From Oligoflexia bacterium (lineage in GTDB: Bacteria > Bdellovibrionota_C > UBA2361 > SZUA-149 > DAOLCO01), in NCBI GenBank assembly GCA_035327825.1, contig DAOLCO010000004.1, positions 5,950 through 69,949 of the forward strand: a DNA stretch of 64,000 bases, in the 5' to 3' direction. The notes below the pieces were generated by a model that did not search any database, was not told the DNA's origin, and saw only the letters and a program-made list of their open reading frames with translations. Positions 59,759-64,000 of the stretch are shown here, piece by piece (position 1 is the first letter of the stretch; the number at the start of each line of letters is the position of its first letter). A program made the translations under genes and the position numbers.

Positions 59759-60721
59759 TTATCGAGCGGAAAATACATATCGGGGAATCTCTGGCAAGTG
59801 CCCTACTTCTGAATTTCCAATTCTCCCAGCTATTGAGCTGACAAAAAACTGATCCACGAGACTTACTTCTTTTGCAATTTCTTTTGTCCTTGAATCTGTA
59901 GTACCAAAAGGTACAGCAAAACCCGATACTCTGCCAGGAATAATCTCATTTAATTCTTCATGACAACTTATAATTTCATCTCGAACTATATCTTTTGGAA
60001 GACGCGTTAAAGGATAATGATGTTTTGTGTGTGACCCAATTTCAACAAGAGGATTTGTTGCTAAATTTCGTATTTGATCTGGCATTAAAAACAAGGTTGA
60101 AGTGACTTTTTTCTCATCAAAATTGCTATCAACTTCAGTAATTAACTTAAAAAATTCCCGATTAATTACTGAAACAGTATCAGTCAGTGTAAAATAATCT
60201 ATAAAATCATTTATCAGTGCTTTTCGGGATTTTTTGAATGAAGGAATTGCAGATCTGGCAATATCATTAATTCTTTCAGGTAAATATTCGAATAAGTAAC
60301 TAAGCTTGTTTAGCCAAGGGATAAAGCCATTTAAAGGTTCTGAATTAATAAAAATCTTCGAAGGTAAACGATATTTTTCAAGAATTGGCAAAGCTAAATT
60401 GCAATAACTCAATAACCCATCATCAAAAGTAATAGAGCACAATGGTTCAGTATTATCTGGATTAACAATCCTGGAAAAAGGAATAATTCTGTAATGACAG
60501 CTCAATAAATAAATAAATTCTTCGAATATTTCCCTTGAAGTGCTTACACCAAGGTGCTTAGTGAAAGGAGTATCGTTACCAATATTATGAAACAGGAAAA
60601 CCCGTCTGGATCTGCCAAAAACAGGAAACCTGAGATAATCAATAATCCTTAATTTTGAATAAAACGACAAACCCGAAAGGCGAAAAGGTTTTAAAAATGC
60701 CCGGTGGTTCATTGAAATCAT
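59759..60721 (-). CDS. polysaccharide deacetylase (NodB-homology, CE4)
   Basis: ITFDDGLLSY matches the NodB motif TFDDG. Confidence 0.65.
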   Translation of the reverse strand: MISMNHRAFLKPFRLSGLSFYSKLRIIDYLRFPVFGRSRRVFLFHNIGNDTPFTKHLGVSTSREIFEEFIYLLSCHYRIIPFSRIVNPDNTEPLCSITFDDGLLSYCNLALPILEKYRLPSKIFINSEPLNGFIPWLNKLSYLFEYLPERINDIARSAIPSFKKSRKALINDFIDYFTLTDTVSVINREFFKLITEVDSNFDEKKVTSTLFLMPDQIRNLATNPLVEIGSHTKHHYPLTRLPKDIVRDEIISCHEELNEIIPGRVSGFAVPFGTTDSRTKEIAKEVSLVDQFFVSSIAGRIGNSEVGHLPEIPRYVFSAR

Positions 60722-61854
60722 GAACCTGTGCGATCCAAAGAAGCATTTTGGTCAATAAAAATAGTCTGGGTTGGATAGGCAAAGTCAATACCAGATGCTT
60801 CAAAATTTTCAATTAAGGCAAGATTTATGCTTTGTTGTATATTCATATAATCAATATATTCGCTACTAAGCACAAAATATACCACTTCAAAGAGTAGTGC
60901 ATAATCACCAAATGATGCAAAATGAGCCCGATCAAAGCTCGTTTTTTCATGACTTTGAATTATTGTCTTTAACATATCAGGTATTAATTTTATTTTCTCA
61001 GCTGGAGTCTGATACGTTACCCCGAAATTAAATACTATTCGGCGCTGATTCATACGTTTGAAATTTTTTACCCGCTTTTGAATCAGATCAGAATTTGCAA
61101 CAACTATCTGCTCACCAGAAATGCTACGAACTCGAGTTGATTTGATTCCAATTTTTTCCACCGTGCCACGCATATCATCAACTACAATAAAGTCACCAAC
61201 TTCAAATGGTTTATCAAGTAATATGGATAAAGAACAAAATAAATCTCCAAGAATATTCTGAACAGCAAGGGCAACAGCAATACCACCAACTCCAAGCCCA
61301 GCTATAAGAGCAGTAATATTAATTCCCAGGTTATCAAGCAGCAAAAGTACAAATAATAACCAGATAATGAAGCGCGCAAAGAATGAGACTAGCCAGTAAC
61401 TTGATGATGTTCCCTGAGTTAAACTGGAAGCGCCACTCACTTCGGCATTTTTCAGTTTCATAGCAAGAAAAAATCTTGCAAATGTATCAAGCCATATTGC
61501 TACCTGCAGGAATAAGGTAATTGCAAAAGCCTTAGCAAGTAAAACTGATAATGTTTCAGAAAGTGCAAGAAAGCCGATACTTATCTCAGCTGAAAGAAGT
61601 ACTATAAAAAATGATTTGGTATTATCAAGAACCTGACTAAGGGGCTCTAGCAAATTCTTCATTACACCAGATTCAACCTTGTGTAATTTGTTCTTTAAAG
61701 ACTTTAGTAAGAAATTAATTACATAAGATATAAACAGAGTTGCAAATAATACCAGTAATATATCAAGAATATTGTTGCCTTTGATATCAAAGCCTGAAAT
61801 CCTATCAAAAGCCGATCCAATGTATTCTTGACTAAAGAAGTATGAAGAATTCAT
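60718..61854 (-). CDS. small-conductance mechanosensitive channel (MscS family)
   Basis: TM region followed by the MscS beta-domain motif VGDFIVVDDMRGTVEKIGIKSTRVRSISGEQIVVANSDL. Confidence 0.8.
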   Translation of the reverse strand: MNSSYFFSQEYIGSAFDRISGFDIKGNNILDILLVLFATLFISYVINFLLKSLKNKLHKVESGVMKNLLEPLSQVLDNTKSFFIVLLSAEISIGFLALSETLSVLLAKAFAITLFLQVAIWLDTFARFFLAMKLKNAEVSGASSLTQGTSSSYWLVSFFARFIIWLLFVLLLLDNLGINITALIAGLGVGGIAVALAVQNILGDLFCSLSILLDKPFEVGDFIVVDDMRGTVEKIGIKSTRVRSISGEQIVVANSDLIQKRVKNFKRMNQRRIVFNFGVTYQTPAEKIKLIPDMLKTIIQSHEKTSFDRAHFASFGDYALLFEVVYFVLSSEYIDYMNIQQSINLALIENFEASGIDFAYPTQTIFIDQNASLDRTGS

Positions 61855-61914
61855 TTAATGCATTCGGAGAGTTATCAGTGAGAACTAGTTAAAAATGAGA
61901 GCTAGTTAAAAATC

Positions 61915-62205
61915 TCAGGAAGCTGCTGACTCTTTCTCTTTTGGCAATACTCTCAGCTTTCCAACTACGGGAGTATTTATTACAAGTGCAGTCTCAACAT
62001 CAGTTCTTTTCCACTCAACGTCAAGATGTCTATTTTCAATGGTAAAATATTTTGAGATGACATCCATCAAGTCTTTCTTGAAAAGTTCCATTTCTGCAGT
62101 AGAAAGCCCACTTCTATCCTGAACAAGTACCATCTGCAAGCGATTCTTGGCTGGTACTTTAGACTGACTCTTGCCAGTAAGTAGAGAGGTCAGAGTTTTA
62201 AACAC
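61915..62205 (-). CDS. minE: cell division topological specificity factor MinE
   Basis: 96 aa. LQMVLVQDRSG...FKKDLMDVISKYF is MinE-like, and it sits directly downstream of minD. Confidence 0.8.
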   Translation of the reverse strand: MFKTLTSLLTGKSQSKVPAKNRLQMVLVQDRSGLSTAEMELFKKDLMDVISKYFTIENRHLDVEWKRTDVETALVINTPVVGKLRVLPKEKESAAS

Positions 62206-62360
62206 GGCAGATCTCCTTCTCGATTTAACTTTAGAGAGTAAAAGAAAATTCCCAAACTACCAAAGTTACTTTTTAAACTAATACTAAAGCAAACAACATT
62301 ATCAATTCCAAAACTAAACCGCATCACTCAAGCAACCCCCAAAAACAATCAACACCACAA

Positions 62361-63188
62361 TCACGCAGCCCTGAGCTTCTTTCCCAGACGAGCTAGAAAA
62401 CTCATATTTAAATCCGGATTATCAAGTGGGAGTTCTGCCCCCATCATGCGCTCCGCAACTTCAATAAATGAACGGCCAGCTCGTGACTTAGGATTATATA
62501 CAACTGGTTCACCAGTATTAGATGAAACAACTATGTCATTATCCCTAAGAACAAGACCAATTTGTTCAATTCCAAGGATGTCAATAACATCCTGAGGAGA
62601 AAGCATATCTCCCCTTCGAACCATATCCTTGTCAACCCTGTTAATGATAAGCTGTGGCTCAATGCCTTGGGCAGATAAAAGGCCCACCACACGGTCGGCA
62701 TCGCGAATTGCTGAAACTTCAGGTGTTGTAACTACAATGGCACTGTCAGCACCGGCACATGCATTTCTGAATCCTTGTTCAATCCCTGCTGGTGAATCAA
62801 TTAGAATAAAATGAAACTCACTTTTAAGTTGTTTTACCAGATCAGCCATCTCACCAGTTGAAACGGCATCTTTGTCGTCGGTTTGTGATGCTGGCAAAAG
62901 AAAAAGATTATTGGATCTCTTAGACTTAATGTAGCCTTGTTGTGGTTTGCAAACTCCCTTAACAACATCCACCAGGTTAAAAACAATTCTGTTTTCCAAA
63001 CCCATTATCACATCAAGATTTCGAAGACCGATATCAGCATCAATTACCAGGACGCGCTTACCCTTCATCGCCAGAGCTGCGCCAAGATTTGCCGTAGTTG
63101 TCGTCTTTCCAACACCACCCTTCCCGGAAGTAATTACAATCGCTTTTCCTGTCATCTGTTCCCCTTGGTATATATTGTTACGACCCAA
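62361..63188 (-). CDS. minD: septum site-determining ATPase MinD
   Basis: Deviant Walker A ITSGKGGVGKTTTTANLG and a C-terminal amphipathic helix. Likely start at MTGKAIV (~63155). Confidence 0.92.
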   Translation of the reverse strand: MGRNNIYQGEQMTGKAIVITSGKGGVGKTTTTANLGAALAMKGKRVLVIDADIGLRNLDVIMGLENRIVFNLVDVVKGVCKPQQGYIKSKRSNNLFLLPASQTDDKDAVSTGEMADLVKQLKSEFHFILIDSPAGIEQGFRNACAGADSAIVVTTPEVSAIRDADRVVGLLSAQGIEPQLIINRVDKDMVRRGDMLSPQDVIDILGIEQIGLVLRDNDIVVSSNTGEPVVYNPKSRAGRSFIEVAERMMGAELPLDNPDLNMSFLARLGKKLRAA

Positions 63189-63340
63189 TGAAATTTATTT
63201 GAATACCAAAACCTGAACTATAAACCAAGAATAATACTAACTGCCGAAAATTCTTCACGAATTAAGTACAAGATCAACAACACCAACTATATACTATAAA
63301 CAAATACTCAAAACTATGAGTAATGTCTTTAAAGTATAAT

Positions 63341-63919
63341 CTAGCGCTTTCTACCTGATATCGCGCTATTAAGCAGACGGGCCGAATAAGGCTCTACTAC
63401 TATCATTCTATTATCAATTCTTGCAATTTCCGGCCCCCTGCCAACTTCACCACTTCCACGAGAAACCACCGAACCAATCCTTAATTGCATCGGTTGCATC
63501 TGAAGGGCAATAACAACCCTATCCAGATTATCATCTTCATAGGCACCAGCATGAGCAGTTCCCCTCAGACTTCCAATGACGACAACATCCCCTCCAGCAA
63601 TCAGATCAGCTCCGGGATTAACATCACCAAGTACTATCAGGGAGAATGGTGTTTCAATACGTTGACCAGAACGCAAAGTGCCGGTGACTATACGAGCATT
63701 TGCTTCTTCATCAAAAACCAGATCTGCTCCCAGATACTGAGCAACTCTTTCGGTATAAGCTCCACTAACTAGGGGAACCCCTGAAGTAAATGAGTAGGCA
63801 CCCTCACGTGAAAGCCCTTCATAACCATCCCCAGAAGCAAGTTTTTCAACACGATCAAGCAGATTTTCAATGGCAGGAGAACTTGATACGGAAGCAAAAT
63901 TACTTGAGGATTTAAGCAT
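63341..63919 (-). CDS. minC: septum formation inhibitor MinC
   Basis: C-terminal beta-helix region TGTLRSGQRIETPFSLIVLGDVNPGADLIAGGDVVVIGSLRGTAHAG is the MinC signature. minC-minD-minE gene order. Confidence 0.75.
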   Translation of the reverse strand: MLKSSSNFASVSSSPAIENLLDRVEKLASGDGYEGLSREGAYSFTSGVPLVSGAYTERVAQYLGADLVFDEEANARIVTGTLRSGQRIETPFSLIVLGDVNPGADLIAGGDVVVIGSLRGTAHAGAYEDDNLDRVVIALQMQPMQLRIGSVVSRGSGEVGRGPEIARIDNRMIVVEPYSARLLNSAISGRKR

Positions 63920-64000
63920 TTCATTGTCCTCAAATAAATCCAGAGAATGTGCAAGTCCGGGTGATGAGCCTCCAAATTCTCTTAAAAGTAGTTCATCTCC

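Overview
This is a low-GC (~40% by hand counts) bacterial chromosomal window, dense with housekeeping genes from a flagellated diderm. I cannot place the organism from sequence alone; it resembles a spirochete or a Bdellovibrio-like lineage.

Recognisable loci, in order:
- lipA 3' end, class-I aminotransferase, TPR protein, aspS
- AAA+ (DUF4143) ATPase and a large secreted trypsin-like protease
- tRNA-Val, then rpmI-rplT-pheS-pheT-rimI
- a CarD/CdnL-domain protein with a histone-H1/AT-hook tail, then ispD
- GAF sensor kinase, flgM, cmoB, a bipartite GT4 protein, ftsA, a Fur-family regulator, maeB, a class III nucleotidyl cyclase
- beta-CASP MBL nuclease, FprA-like reductase, rpmE2, rpsN, pyrF, a tyrosine phosphatase
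- a ~11 kb surface-glycan cluster (tandem GT2, two divergent paralogous GT4s, methyltransferases, NDP-sugar dehydrogenase, epimerase, DPM1-like GT2)
- fliL, a TPR lipoprotein, dnaB, tRNA-Pro, an M23/LysM peptidase, tRNA-Arg, HU/IHF, TraB-family protein, polysaccharide deacetylase, mscS, minCDE

The main anomaly is a ~6.5 kb block of minus-strand genes at ~16.7-23.3 kb, between ispD and the sensor kinase. It holds a GHKL/Bergerat-fold (MORC/Hsp90/MutL-like) ATPase, possibly GC-elevated, plus five ORFs with no recognisable family; several are coiled-coil rich. Hairpin inverted repeats separate the genes and a 22-bp palindrome sits upstream of the first gene. I read this as a candidate horizontally acquired, undescribed conflict or defence-type system.

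No CRISPR array, rRNA, integrase or transposase was seen.
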